DNA of 64,000 nucleotides from Ruditapes philippinarum (GCF_026571515.1 NW_026859735.1:186001-250000), one strand, 5' to 3'; positions 1 to 11,660 are shown, counted from the stretch's first letter. Notes: generated by a model from the sequence alone, not told the origin. Numbers and translations: made by a program.

Positions 1-830
1 TCGCTGCGACCAAATTTAACAGAATTATGGCCCTTTGTTGATTTTTTCACTATATACTATGTAGAAATTTTGTGAACGCAACTCCTCTTAAACCGGATGG
101 CAGATTTTGCTTAAACTTACAGGGATGAACAACCTTAATGTGTAGATGGTAGTAAAGGAAGGAATTTTCGCTGCGACCAAATTTAACAGAATTATGGCCC
201 TTTGTTGATTTTTTCACTATATAATATGTAGAAATTTTGTGAACGCAACTCCTCTTAAACCGGATGGCAGATTTTGCTTAAAATTACAGGAATGAACAAT
301 CTTAATGTGTAGATGGTAGTAAAGGAAGGAATTTTTGCTGCGACCAAATTTAACAGAATTATGGCCCTTTGTTGATTTTTTTCACTATATAATATGTAGA
401 AATTTTGTGAATGCAACTTCTCTTAAACCGGATGGCAGATTTTGCTTAAACTTACAGGGATTAACAACCTTAATGTGTAGGTGGTAGTAAAGGAAGGAAT
501 TTTTGCTGTGACCAAATTAAACAGAATTATGGCCCTTTGTTGATTTTTTCACTATATACTATGTGGAAATTTTGTGAATGCAACTCCTCTTCTATTAAAC
601 CGGATGGCAGATTTTGCTTAAACTTCCAAGGATTAACAACCTTAATGTGTAGATGGTAGTAAAGGAAGGAATTTTTGCTGCGACCAAATTTAACAGAATT
701 ATGGCCCTTTGTTGATTTTTAGTTTTCAACTTGTGGCACATGTAGTCCAAAAAATGTTTGACCTAGAGTCATAAGATTGACAGAACAGTGGCGTGTGGGG
801 GCATCCGTGTCCTATGGACACATTTCTAGT
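1..830 (+). mobile_element. Non-autonomous Helentron/Helitron2-type element (HINE/pearl-like), 3' part, carrying a ~167-bp tandem array
   Basis: Repeat unit restarts at 1, 168, 335, 503 and 675 and contains AGAATTATGGCCCTTT. The element ends with a hairpin GTGTCC-tat-GGACAC (807-821) followed by TTCTAGTT. The 5' end lies outside the window. Confidence 0.75.
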
Positions 831-844
831 TTAACATATTTTTA

Positions 845-1025
845 AGCTCGATTGCGAATCAAGTTCTTGCAACTTAAATTAAACATTTTCGAGTCCTCTT
901 CCTGGAACCAGCCAGTACTGGTGTCATAATTATAAAGAAACATAGTCGCGACCCGATGACCCGATTTGGGCTTCACCCCTTGATTCATTGGTTGAGAGGA
1001 TGACACCTTAATCACTGTGTTCTAA
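845..1025 (-). mobile_element. Degenerate tRNA-derived SINE (family A)
   Basis: The reverse complement has an A-box-like CAGTGATTAAGG and the core CTGGCTGGTTCCAGGAAGAGGACTCGA, which is shared with the copies at 5422 and 58440. Confidence 0.5.
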
Positions 1026-1704
1026 TACCTGGCTCTATCCTAGTGGCAAAAGGGAAATTCATGGTCCGTACCAGCAAAGTATGGGTTTAGGCCCAAATCT
1101 GTATGCAGAAAGGCATAATTATAATTTGCAAGGATCTGTTGTTTTGGAACTTTTAAATTTCTCTTTCATTTATTGAGAAATGCGATGCATGATATGTTGG
1201 ATTCTTTTGTTCCCCGTTACCGCCAGTAGCTTCAAATTAATCATTTGAATCATCAGTCTAGGACATACTGACTATGTAAATGCATGTGCGTAGATATGGA
1301 TTCTAACCGGCAAACCCGAGATCGCATGCACTCATGCTCTAAATATTTAGCTTAGCGAGTAAATTATATGTTTCTCTGGTAATCTTCCGTAAGCGATTTT
1401 CATTGTCTGTGGTATAAAACTTTTTAACTTTTACTAGTGTTATATCAATACTGTCATGTAATGTATTTCTAGTTGCGCAGGTACCAAGATAATCTGTATT
1501 TAAATTAACCCCTTACCAAGGGATAATCATTACTAAAACATTTACTTACATGCAGTAAACGACTAACAGAATGGTTGAATTACATGGGTGGTATTCTAGA
1601 ACAAACTTGTGTTTTTCAACTTTCACCAATAGAATATCTGGAGCAGTTTTAACCATACCAAAAGGAAAATTTTCTAAATGGCTTTAAAAAGCCATGACGA
1701 AATA

Positions 1705-2066
1705 TTTTTGAAAGAGGGCGTTTCTTCAACAGACCCTTATCTGTTATAATAGTAGGAAGACATTTCTTCATCAAACAGACCCTGATTTGTTATATTGGAA
1801 GAGGGACGTTTCTTCAACAAACAGACTCTGATTTGTTATATTGGAAGAGGGACGTTTCTTCAACAAACAGACCCTGATTTGTTATATTGGAAGAGGACGT
1901 TTCTTCAACAAACAGACCCTGATTTGTTATATTAGAAGGAGGATGTTCTTCAACAGACACTGATCTGTTATATTGGAAGAGGGACATTTCTTCAACAAAC
2001 AGACCCTGATTTGTTATATTGGAAGAAGGACGTTTCTTCAACAGACCCTGATCTGTTATATATTGG
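1705..2066. repeat. Minisatellite, ~46-bp unit, about 8 copies
   Basis: Unit TTGGAAGAGGGACGTTTCTTCAACAAACAGACCCTGATTTGTTATA, with starts at 1795 and 1841. It explains the repetitive ORF 1814..2131. Confidence 0.9.
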
Positions 2067-4614
2067 ATGGTTTGGGGCTGTCCGTCCGTAGACAATTGGT
2101 TTCTCTCTTTTTTAATTTTAAAGGATCTCAATACTTGTGTTTATAACTTGGCATGTAAGTTTGTATATCAAAACACAGGTCAAGTTCGATTTTGCTGCAA
2201 ATCAACTTATTATGATAGAGTTATGCATTTTTTAAACAAATTGTCTGTGAAAATATTCTGTGAAATAACGAGTATTGACTCTTGAAGGATTTCAATGAAT
2301 GTGTTTATACTTGACATGTAAGTATGTAAGTTAGGTTTGATAGTTTGTTGCAATCAATACATAATTAAAAGATTTATGGTCCCTTTAAAGTAAATTTTCA
2401 GCAAAATTATTCCGGAGTAATAGCTTTTGAAGCATTGCAAAGATTGTTTAAATTTTGGAATTCGTGTATGTAACGTCAAAACAGTAACACATGTCAAGTT
2501 TGATTTTCTCTGCAATTGAAATTATAATGATAAAAATCTGGAAACAAATGATTCCTCGGAAGCACTTTATCACAACAAAATTACACGGAAGTTGCAGACT
2601 CGGTTTGATTGAGTCTGTACATGAGGGATAATGAATATTAATCCTCACATCCCTTGCACCGGTTTTGAGCGGTACCCAATTCTCAACACTTAATAGTGCT
2701 GGCAACAATTATCCAGAAGGACCCACACAGCACTTGACACCTCCCGCGGCAGCCATTTTGGAGGTCATAAATTAGTATATGTAATTAACATAAATTAAGT
2801 CAGAGAAGTTTGGTGAATTGTCAAATATTTAAACATGTGGTTTAGAAAAATGTTATCACACCACCCATATAAATGTGGTTTTTATCAGCTTACATGAAGT
2901 TGATAAATAACGAATGATTGTAGTCTTATCTTAAACATACAATAGTTTTGAAATGTGACCGTTAGAATGGCGACCACAGATGTTTTTCATGATAAACTTA
3001 CACAACAAATCATTGCAAATTACTTATTGTTAGTTGTACGAGCATGTTTGACTTTGTATCGTAGATAAGACCCGTTCTGTAATTACGCTAGATTATGTGC
3101 ATGTCCATATGTTTGATGAAAAGGATCAATAAATTACAATAATTATGGTCCAAATACATTACATAAAACTGGCGCAAATAACCTAAGTATTCAAAACTTT
3201 TTTTCATCTTGTCAAGAACTAGAAAAAACTAAAATTTCCACGCAACTTACTGTTTCTTGGACCCAACTGAAAGCAAGTCGGCCATATATAACAATTATTC
3301 TCAACATAAAATAGTTTTGATATCCGATATGTTGTCTGTAAAATGCAGAACGTGTTCTTACTTCGCTCGTTGTAACATGTTTTCTCGTCTTGGATCACTA
3401 TTATAATAGCCACATCTCTTTGAAATATATTACTAAGTTGGACAAAAGAGTATATCCTTACAAGCAGAATGCAACCACGGACTTTGGTGCAACATAAGAG
3501 GCTAAGGTTTCTTACGTAAGGAAATTGAGGTAAGTTTTCCTTGCATATGTAGTAAACAGGATTATTTGAATCCGCTTTCTATTCAAGTTTCTAAATGATT
3601 GTTTACGATGATATGAACATGTATAATGTATTCATTTTATCAATCTTTTGTAGGTTTCTGCTATTTTTGTCTGTCAAGTCAAACTAACACACTAGGAATA
3701 ATATATGAATTTTATTAAGCATTAAACAAAATATATGTACAAACGCTCGTTGTACCATGAAACAGTTGCCTTTCTTAAATGACCTAAATCCATTTTTTGA
3801 AACTGTCCAATATCAACAGTACAGAGCAAAATGTACGAAACAGAACGCTGATATAGTAAAATGCTAATGGCAAAAGCCACAAACTTTCGTTCGAAGCAGT
3901 GCGTTTATTATTAGTTTATTCACAAAGTAATTTTTCTGTGTAAATATAGTTTCTCTATTCATATTTACGATGACCATTCACATTAAAAAGCAGATAACTG
4001 TGGTACCATCGCTTTAAATTTTAACCATTACATGTGTTCAGTCCGACTGTCTTAATAGTTCTATATTTTGTATTATATTATCTTTAAAACTAAGAATTAC
4101 TATCAAAAATGAGTTTGAAAGTTAACCTATGAAAAAACAACAAATTATTAAATACCAATGAAAATTTCTGTATTGTAATAATTAAGCAAAAATAAAAAAT
4201 GGTTTATTAAACAGGGTTACAGTAGGAAAAAAGTTAAAATATGTCAGTGTATAAATACATGTAGAAAAATTATCATTCACTCAAACTGGTAAATCATAAA
4301 CGTATATATGACTGAACATTGTAACAATCAATTACCAATATATTAAATACATTTAAAACACAGTCATTTAAAACAGAATAAAATTCTTCCTAGGAAGAGA
4401 TTTATAAATATGTATATGAACAGATTCAAAACAAATCTGCGAGTTTTACTTGTCAAATCTTTTTTTTCATTCCTATAGAAGATTTTTAACGCACAAACTC
4501 TTATAACCTTAAATATGTTTATAAAATAAGATTGAAATATTTATTAATGTATGTGTAGGAATGTAAACTTTAGTTGTAAAATAGTAAGAGCCAATAACAA
4601 CATATAATATCTGA

Positions 4615-5301
4615 TTAGTTATTTTTCAAACTCATTAAACTCATCTTAGCAGCCAAATCGTTGATTTTCTTTTTTCCTTTTTTTTCCTTTTTAGAAATAT
4701 CTTTTTTCAATCGAATTGCCTTCTTCGGAATTTTTTCTACAAAAAGAACCTCTTTAGAAGACTTTGCAAAATTTCTGTGAATGGCACCTTTAATAAAGTG
4801 ATTTCTGACTTCTTCATCACACAGATTGATGCACTTCTTCTCGTATTTGGTTCCAGCAAGTTCTTGAATATCTATTTCTACAATTCGCAAAGGTACTTTT
4901 CTAGGTTTTCTTTCGGATGTATCCATTTCAAAGTAGGCCCAGTATCTGGCTACGTCTAAACTTGAAGTAGTTGAGATGAACTTTGATTTAAATCTTGATC
5001 CCGATGCAATATGCTGCTCAACAAATCTGGTTGAATTTTTATCTTGACAAATTATTCCGTTTTTAATAGATTCCTTTTCTCTTAAAACTCGGTATAGGTA
5101 ATTTGTGTCATCTAATCCATGAAATCCATAGTAGTTTTTATCCTTTGTTTCTCCCTTACTTTTACCCGATGTTGATGTTGCTTTAGATGAAATAATACCT
5201 TCTACATTTTCACCCGAACTTGATGATGTTTCAGAATCAGATGACAACAGAATCAGATGACAAAATACTTTCTTCATTTTGGTCCAATCTTGAAATATCA
5301 T
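4615..5301 (-). CDS. Putative R-S-E (cholera-toxin-like clade) ADP-ribosyltransferase-fold protein; N-terminus disrupted by a 16-bp duplication (ancestral start probably ATG at 5329)
   Basis: 228-aa ORF with YLYR(71)VLR, KFIS(110)TTSS and SSKE(184)VLF..IP in canonical ART order and spacing. It has a Ser-rich N-terminus and a Lys-rich C-terminus. There is a splice acceptor ttttcag at 5353-5347 and AATAAA at 4545-4540 on the minus strand. Confidence 0.7.
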   Translation of the reverse strand: MIFQDWTKMKKVFCHLILLSSDSETSSSSGENVEGIISSKATSTSGKSKGETKDKNYYGFHGLDDTNYLYRVLREKESIKNGIICQDKNSTRFVEQHIASGSRFKSKFISTTSSLDVARYWAYFEMDTSERKPRKVPLRIVEIDIQELAGTKYEKKCINLCDEEVRNHFIKGAIHRNFAKSSKEVLFVEKIPKKAIRLKKDISKKEKKGKKKINDLAAKMSLMSLKNN

Positions 5302-5421
5302 CCAGCCACTGTTGACTGCCGTAATTCATATTGTTTGTATGCCATCCTGAAAATCGAGTAAAAAACAGTATTCTTGATTACATGCGAATTTTTAACAGAT
5401 GTTGAAAATGCTAAGTTACAT

Positions 5422-5640
5422 GGTGGTGGTACGGCCGAGTGGTTAACGCGTCTGACTTGTAATTCTATATGTATCTCTAGCCGCCTTGGTTCAAACTCTG
5501 TCACAAATCGTTGTTTCCTTGAGATACAAACTCATTGTTTTGTGCTGGTTGGTTCTAGGAACGGATTCGAGTTTGTGTCTATAAGCTTAAATTATATCTT
5601 TCTACACCATCAAACTTAAATTATTTCTGTATAATTTAAA
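5422..5640 (+). mobile_element. tRNA-derived SINE (family A), in the putative 5' intron of the ART-like gene
   Basis: A box GGCCGAGTGGTTAA and B box GGTTCAAACTC, followed by a non-tRNA body CTGGTTGGTTCTAGGAACGGATTCGAG. Confidence 0.65.
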
Positions 5641-6114
5641 GAAAGCTTAGTTTCACTATGTTTTATTATGATGGACAACAAAGCAGGTACGTCAATAACT
5701 GAAAATCTTAATTAAAGATTAAAGCGTACGTCAATGACCTTGAAACATAGACGGTGATAAAAAATTCATAATGTTCAGTTAACATTCGCATGGGCCATAC
5801 ATACAGGAATTGATCTTAAAAGAAAAACAAGAACACCAGCTTGCATAAAGAACCTCTTTAAACATGACTTACTAAAAAAGGTTAATCAAAATAACTCACT
5901 TTGTATATAAGTCCTTTCTTCAAACTGTTCAGTTAATACTCCAGTGAAGACTCAATTATTATATGAAACACTGTTCGCAGGCGTTTATAGTCTCCATTCG
6001 TTTAAAGAGGGTCATACAAAAAGTTATACTGTTTTAAACGCTTCATTCTATAAAATACACTTAATTACTTTAGTCATCCGTTCACTTCTGTAGGTTCGTG
6101 CTGCGCATGCGCCT

Positions 6115-6260
6115 TCACCTCAGTTGCCCGTTTGTGCCTGAGATAACGTACAAAGGGACATCTGAGGTCTTTCTCCTGCAGTCTAGCTGGAAAGTCGCCA
6201 CATGACCTATACAGTATACTTCGACGTCAAACCTAATACAATAAATGAATAAATAAAAAA
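6115..6260 (+). mobile_element. 3' fragment of tRNA-SINE family B
   Basis: TGCCCGTTTGTGCCTGAGATAA...GCTGGAAAGTCGCCACATGACCTATACAG...AATAAATGAATAAA matches the fuller copy at 38800-39066. Confidence 0.6.
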
Positions 6261-7149
6261 CTTCAAAGTATTTACACAATACCATGTTTACCCTGATAAA
6301 AAGCAATGCCAAAAACCTTTCTAAATGTCCTTGAGCTTTGAAAATAAAACTTCAAAGGGAGATAAGCGACGGATGATTTACGACTGCAGACAGAACAGAC
6401 ATACATATTATAAGTAAGGAATGAAAATTTGAGCTAGTCGTTCTTTTAAAAATATTGGAATAGAACCCGCCCGTTTTAAGTTTTATTTTGAATTAAGCAT
6501 TTCAAGTTACGGTGCAGTTTTGAATATGTTAAAACTTCGATTTGAACGTTAAACATATCTAAACTGTGAGTATTGAAATGGTCTGATATTCATCCAATAT
6601 CCGCTTTGCCTAACAAAGCATTTTACCTTACATCTATATGAGCCACAAATATTAAAGAGGTGATCCATACTTGAAGCAAAGGTAAATTTATTTTTTCCAT
6701 CAGCCATATTTATTCATTTGGCAAGTGACAAAAATTGGTATACGACAAGTAATTCATTTTTGGATCAGTTCAAGTTTTTTTTTTTAAACTGAAGCTATAT
6801 AGTGACAGAACTTTTTGCAAGACCCTCATTAAATAAAAAAGATTAAGTCATCTGATCTAGCTGATAACATACATTCTATCGAAATGTAAACAGTAAGTAT
6901 AATGTTCGATAATGTAAAACGAATGTTTGACATCCAAAGGAAAATTAATTCACTTTCGGTACAAGTATGATTTAAAATATGTCTGACAACCGTTTCTAAT
7001 TTAAATATGTCCATTGTTGTACAAATATAAACAAATCCGAGTTGATGTCAACAGGTTGGCATTTTATACTTTCCGTTTCTATAACCATAATAATAATAAG
7101 TATATAAGAAATGTACTGTTTAATTTTAAATCTATGAATTTACTTTGGT

Positions 7150-7465
7150 GAGAAAAAAAACGAAAGAACGATGGTGAAAAGTCGAAACCAGGGTGACGAC
7201 AGTCGAAAGTACAATGGTAAAAAGTCGAAATAACAAAACCACGATGCCGAAAGGTCGAAAGTACGATAGTGAAATATGAAATTATTTCGAGTTTTTACCA
7301 TCGTGATTTCATTTTTTCGACTTTTCACCATCGTACTTTCGACTTGTCATCATAGTATCTTCGACTTTTCACCATCTTGATTCCGTAATTTCGACTTTTC
7401 ATCCTCGTTTTTGTGTTTCCGTTGTTTCGATTTATGTGTCAGGATGGCCCTACCGGGTCACCATA
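7150..7465. mobile_element. Truncated fold-back MITE with an IS3EU-like right terminus (...CACCATA)
   Basis: Arrays of AAAAGTCGAAA are followed by inverted TTTCGACTTTT copies, and the element ends in CCATA at 7461-7465. No left terminus was found. Confidence 0.5.
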
Positions 7466-7481
7466 CTTTTCCGAGGGAAAG

Positions 7482-8614
7482 TATGGTGGCTGATTTGTGC
7501 CATTTCGCGCTTTCGCCCCGCGACCCCGCCAAGCGAAAAGTCGAGAATTAACAAGTTAAAAAGTCGAGATTAAATTGTATAACCGCGAGGCCGCGAAGCG
7601 AAATATTTATTGTTTTTGGGCGCTAATTAGCGTGCTGTTGTCCGCACCGCCGCCAAATTATTATTAAAAACCTCGACTTTTCGCTCCGCGTCCCCGCTAA
7701 TTAGCGTGTTGTCGCTCCGCGCCCCCGCCGTTTTTGTAGTTAAAATCTCGTCTTTTCGCCCCGCGCCCCCGCTAATAAGCGTGTTTTTGTTCACGTCCCC
7801 CGCGCCCCCGCCGTTTAATTTCTTAAATCTCGTCCCGCGATCCCGCGGGGCGAACTTTTATTCTTAATTTTCGTCTTCTGGTTTTTGTGGGGCATGCGCA
7901 GTTTGTTTTACACAGTGTGTTAACACAGGCATGGATGCATTCTATCTGTAAACTTGTGACATTATAACAGGGAAAACAAAAATTCAATACAGTATAGATA
8001 CCGATTCACTTGTGATTTAGAGATATTTTCTTCTATTATTCTGTTGAAGACGAAAATAAAGAAATAAAAACTTCGCCCCGCGTGGGCGCGGAGCAAAATT
8101 TAAGGAATTAAACGGCGGGGTCGCGGGGTGAAAACGAAATTTAAGAAAAAAACTTCGCCCCGCGGGGTCGCGGAGCGAGATTTAAGAAATAAAACGGCTG
8201 GGGCGCGGGGCGAAAACACGCTAATTAGCGGGGCGCCGAACAAGGTTACAAGGTTTAAAGAATAAATAAAACCACGGGGGCGCGGAGCGAAAAGACGAGA
8301 TTTTAACTACAAAAACGGCGGGACCGCATAGCGAAAACACGCTAATAAGCGGGTGCGCGGAGCAAAAGTCGAGTTTTTAAAGAATAATTTGGCGGGGGCG
8401 CGAACAACAGCACGCTAATTAGCGCCCTATAACAATAAATATTTCGCTTCGCGGCCCCGTGGTTTTACAATAAAATCTCGACTTTTCGCCCCGCGACCCC
8501 GCTAATTAGCGTGTTTTCGCTCCGCGTCCCCGCCATTTTAACTTATTAATTCTCGACTTTTCGCTTGGCGGGGTCGCGGGGCGAAAACACGAATGGCACA
8601 AATCAGCCACCATA
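7482..8614. mobile_element. Non-autonomous IS3EU-type DNA transposon (fold-back MITE)
   Basis: TIRs of ~80 bp (TATGGTGGCTGATTTGTGCCA.../...TGGCACAAATCAGCCACCATA) and long GC-rich internal inverted sub-repeats. It is flanked by a perfect 6-bp TSD GGAAAG (7476-7481, 8615-8620). TAYGG termini with a 6-bp TSD are the IS3EU signature. Confidence 0.85.
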
Positions 8615-9039
8615 GGAAAGGGATATTGATAGAAAAGTTATAATTAGATGATGGTACATTGATTTCTTTTACTAAATTTTACATAATTTGATGACAGGTA
8701 AAGTATTTTAGCTTTCTAGTTTACTACATTATTAAACTTTCATACAGATGTAATAGGCTGAAAATAATAAAATTTAGAGTTTATTCGAAGGTAAGAAATT
8801 GCTTTTCCTAAAGGTGCAAATTACATTTTTTCGATTGCCTTATAAAATATTACTAGGAATTCAACAACTAGCAGAAAGTGTAATTGATGTATATACTTTG
8901 TCTCTGACCACATAAAAATTATTGAATTCATTTACACAAAACATTTTAAATAATGACACTGAACAGAATGATTACAAACAAATTATTGTGTAACGTTCAA
9001 TATTTTATTAATATATAGCATTTGCCAGCATAAATCTTT

Positions 9040-11660
9040 TAATGAAACTGTATGATGTCTTGTAATAAACCTGTAAAATGTTTTGTAATGGAACTGTATG
9101 ATGCCTTGTGAAGAATCTATATGATGTCTGGTAATGAAACTGTATGATGTCTTGTAATGAAACTGTGTGATGTCATGTAATGAAACTGTATGATGGCTTG
9201 TGATGAAACTGTATGATGTCTTGTGATGAATCTGTGTGATTTCTTGTAATGAAACTATGTGATGTCTTGTAATGAAACTGTATGATGTCTTGTGATAAAA
9301 CTGTATGATGTATTGTCATGAATCTGTGTGATGTCTTGTTATGAAACTGGGTGATGTCTTGTAATGAAACTTTATGATGTCTTGTATTGAACCTATGTGA
9401 TGTCTTGTAATGAAACTATGTGATGTCTTGTAATGAAACTGTATGATGTCTTGTGATGAAACTGTATGATGTCTTGTAATAAAACTGTATGATGTCTTGT
9501 GATGAAACTGTATGATGTATTGTCATGAATCTGTGTGATTTCTTGTAATGAAACTGTGTGATGTCTTGTAATGAAACTGTGTGATGTCTTGTTATGAAAC
9601 TGTATGATGTCGTATGATGTCTGGTAATAAAACTGTATGATGACTTGTAATGAAATTGTATGATGTCTTGTGATGAAACTGTATGATGTATTGTCATGAA
9701 TCTGTGTGATTTCTTGTAATGAAACTGTGTGATGTCTTGTAATGAAACTGTATGATGTCTTGTTATGAAACTGTATGATGTCGTATGATGTCTGGTAATA
9801 AAACTGTATGATGACTTGTAATGAAATTGTATGATGTCTTGTGATGAAACTGTATGATGTATTGTCATGAATCTGTGTGATTTCTTGTAATGAAACTGTG
9901 TGATGTCTTGTAATGAAACTGTGTGATGTCTTGTTATAAAACTGTATGATGTATTGTCATGAATCTGTGTGATTTCTTGTAATGAAACTATGTGATGTCT
10001 TGTAATGAAACTGTGTGATGTCTTGTTATGAAACTGATTGATGTTTTGTAATGAAACTGTTTGATGTCTTGTAATGAAACTGTATGATGTCTTGTAATGA
10101 AACTGTATGATGTCTTGTAATGAAACTGTGTGATGTCTTGTAATGAAACTGTGTGATGTCATGTAATGAAAATGTATGATGGCTTGTGATGAAACTGTAT
10201 GATGTCTTGTAATGAAACTGTGTGATGTCATGTAATGAAACTGTATGATGTCGTATGATGTCTTGTAATGAAACTGTATGATGTCTTGTAATGAAACTGT
10301 ATGATGTCTTGTGATGAAACTGTATGATGTCTTGTAATGAAACTGTGTGATGTCTTGTTATGAAACTGTATGATGTCGTATGATGTCTTGTAATGAAACT
10401 GTATGATGTCTTGTAATGAAACTGTGTGATGTCTTGTAATGAAACTGTATGATGTCTTGTAATGAAACTGTGTGATGTCTTGTAATGAAACTGTATGATG
10501 GCTTGTAATGAAACTGTATGATGTCTTGTAATGAAACTGTGTGATGTCATGTAATGAAACTGTGTGATGTCTTGTTATGAAACTGTATGATGTCGTATGA
10601 TGTCTTGTAATGAAACTGTATGATGTCTTGTAATGAAATTGTGTGATGTCTTGTAATGAAACTGTGTGATGTCTTGTAATGAAACTGTGTGATGTTTTGT
10701 AATGAAACTGTGTGATGTCTTGTAATGAAACTGTGTGATGTCTTGTAATGAAACTGTGTGATGTCTTGTAATGAAACTGTGTGATGTCTTGTAATGAAAC
10801 TGTTTGATGTCTTGTAATGAAACTGTATGATGTCTTGTAATGAAACTGTATGATGTCTTGTAATGAAAATGTAAGATCTCTTGTTATGAAACTGCATGAT
10901 GTCTTGTAATGAAACTGTGTGATGTCTGGTAATAAAACTGTATGATGTCTTGTAATGAAACTGTGTGATGTCAAGTAATGAAACTGTATGATGGCTTGTG
11001 ATGAAACTGTATGATGTCTTGTAATGAAACTGTGTGATGTCTGGTAATAAAACTGTATGATGTCTTGTAATGAAACTGTGTGATGTCATGTAATGAAACT
11101 GTATGATGTCTTGTGATGAAACTGTGTGATGTCTTGTAATGAAACTGTGTGATGTCTTGTAATGAAACTGTGTGATGTCTTGTAATGAAACTGTGTGATG
11201 TCTTGTAATGAAAATGTATCATGTCTTGTAATGAAACTGTATGATGTCTTGTAATGAAAATGTAAGATCTCTTGTTATGAAACTGCATGATGTCTTGTAA
11301 TGAAACTTATGATCTCTTGTAATGAAACTGTATAATGTCTTGTAATAAAACTGTATGATGTCTTGTAATAAAAATGTACGATCTCTTGTTATGAAACTGC
11401 ATAATGTCTTGTAATGAAACTGTGTTATGTCTTGTAATGAAACTGTTTGATGTCTTGTAATGAAAATGTACGATCTCTTGTTATGAAACAGCATGATGTC
11501 TTGTAATGAAACTGTACGATATCTTGTTATGAAACTGCATGATGTCTTGTAATGAAATGGTATGATGTCTTGTGATGAAACTGTTTGATGTCTTGTAATG
11601 AAACTGAATGATGGATTGTTATAAAACTATATGAAGACTTGTGAAACTGTATGATATCTA
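9040..11660. repeat. Minisatellite, 23-bp unit, about 110 copies
   Basis: Consensus TGTAATGAAACTGTRTGATGTCT with degenerate edges. It produces the 23-aa periodic His-rich ORFs on the minus strand. Confidence 0.97.

Noticed and set aside
5422-5505. tRNA gene (also considered at 38990-39066)
   Set aside because: A and B boxes are present but there is no closing cloverleaf, and the sequence continues into a SINE body shared with other copies.
5900-5997. Upstream coding exon for the ART-like gene (METINACEQCF...)
   Set aside because: The donor GTGAGT at 5899 is plausible, but the ATG frame hits TAA TAA and the splice-compatible frame has no ATG. At most it is a 5' UTR exon.
6102-6112. NRF1-like site TGCGCATGCGC as the ART gene promoter
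   Set aside because: It is a single motif at the edge of a SINE fragment, and the same word occurs inside MITEs in this window.
9416-11494. Long His-rich ORFs (TSHSFITRHH...) as proteins
   Set aside because: They are translations of a 23-bp repeat that lacks stops on one strand. They overlap in several frames, and there is no unique domain or signal peptide.
9040-11660. CRISPR-like array (also considered for 39630-42650)
   Set aside because: The units are contiguous with no unique spacers, there are no cas genes, and the context is eukaryotic.
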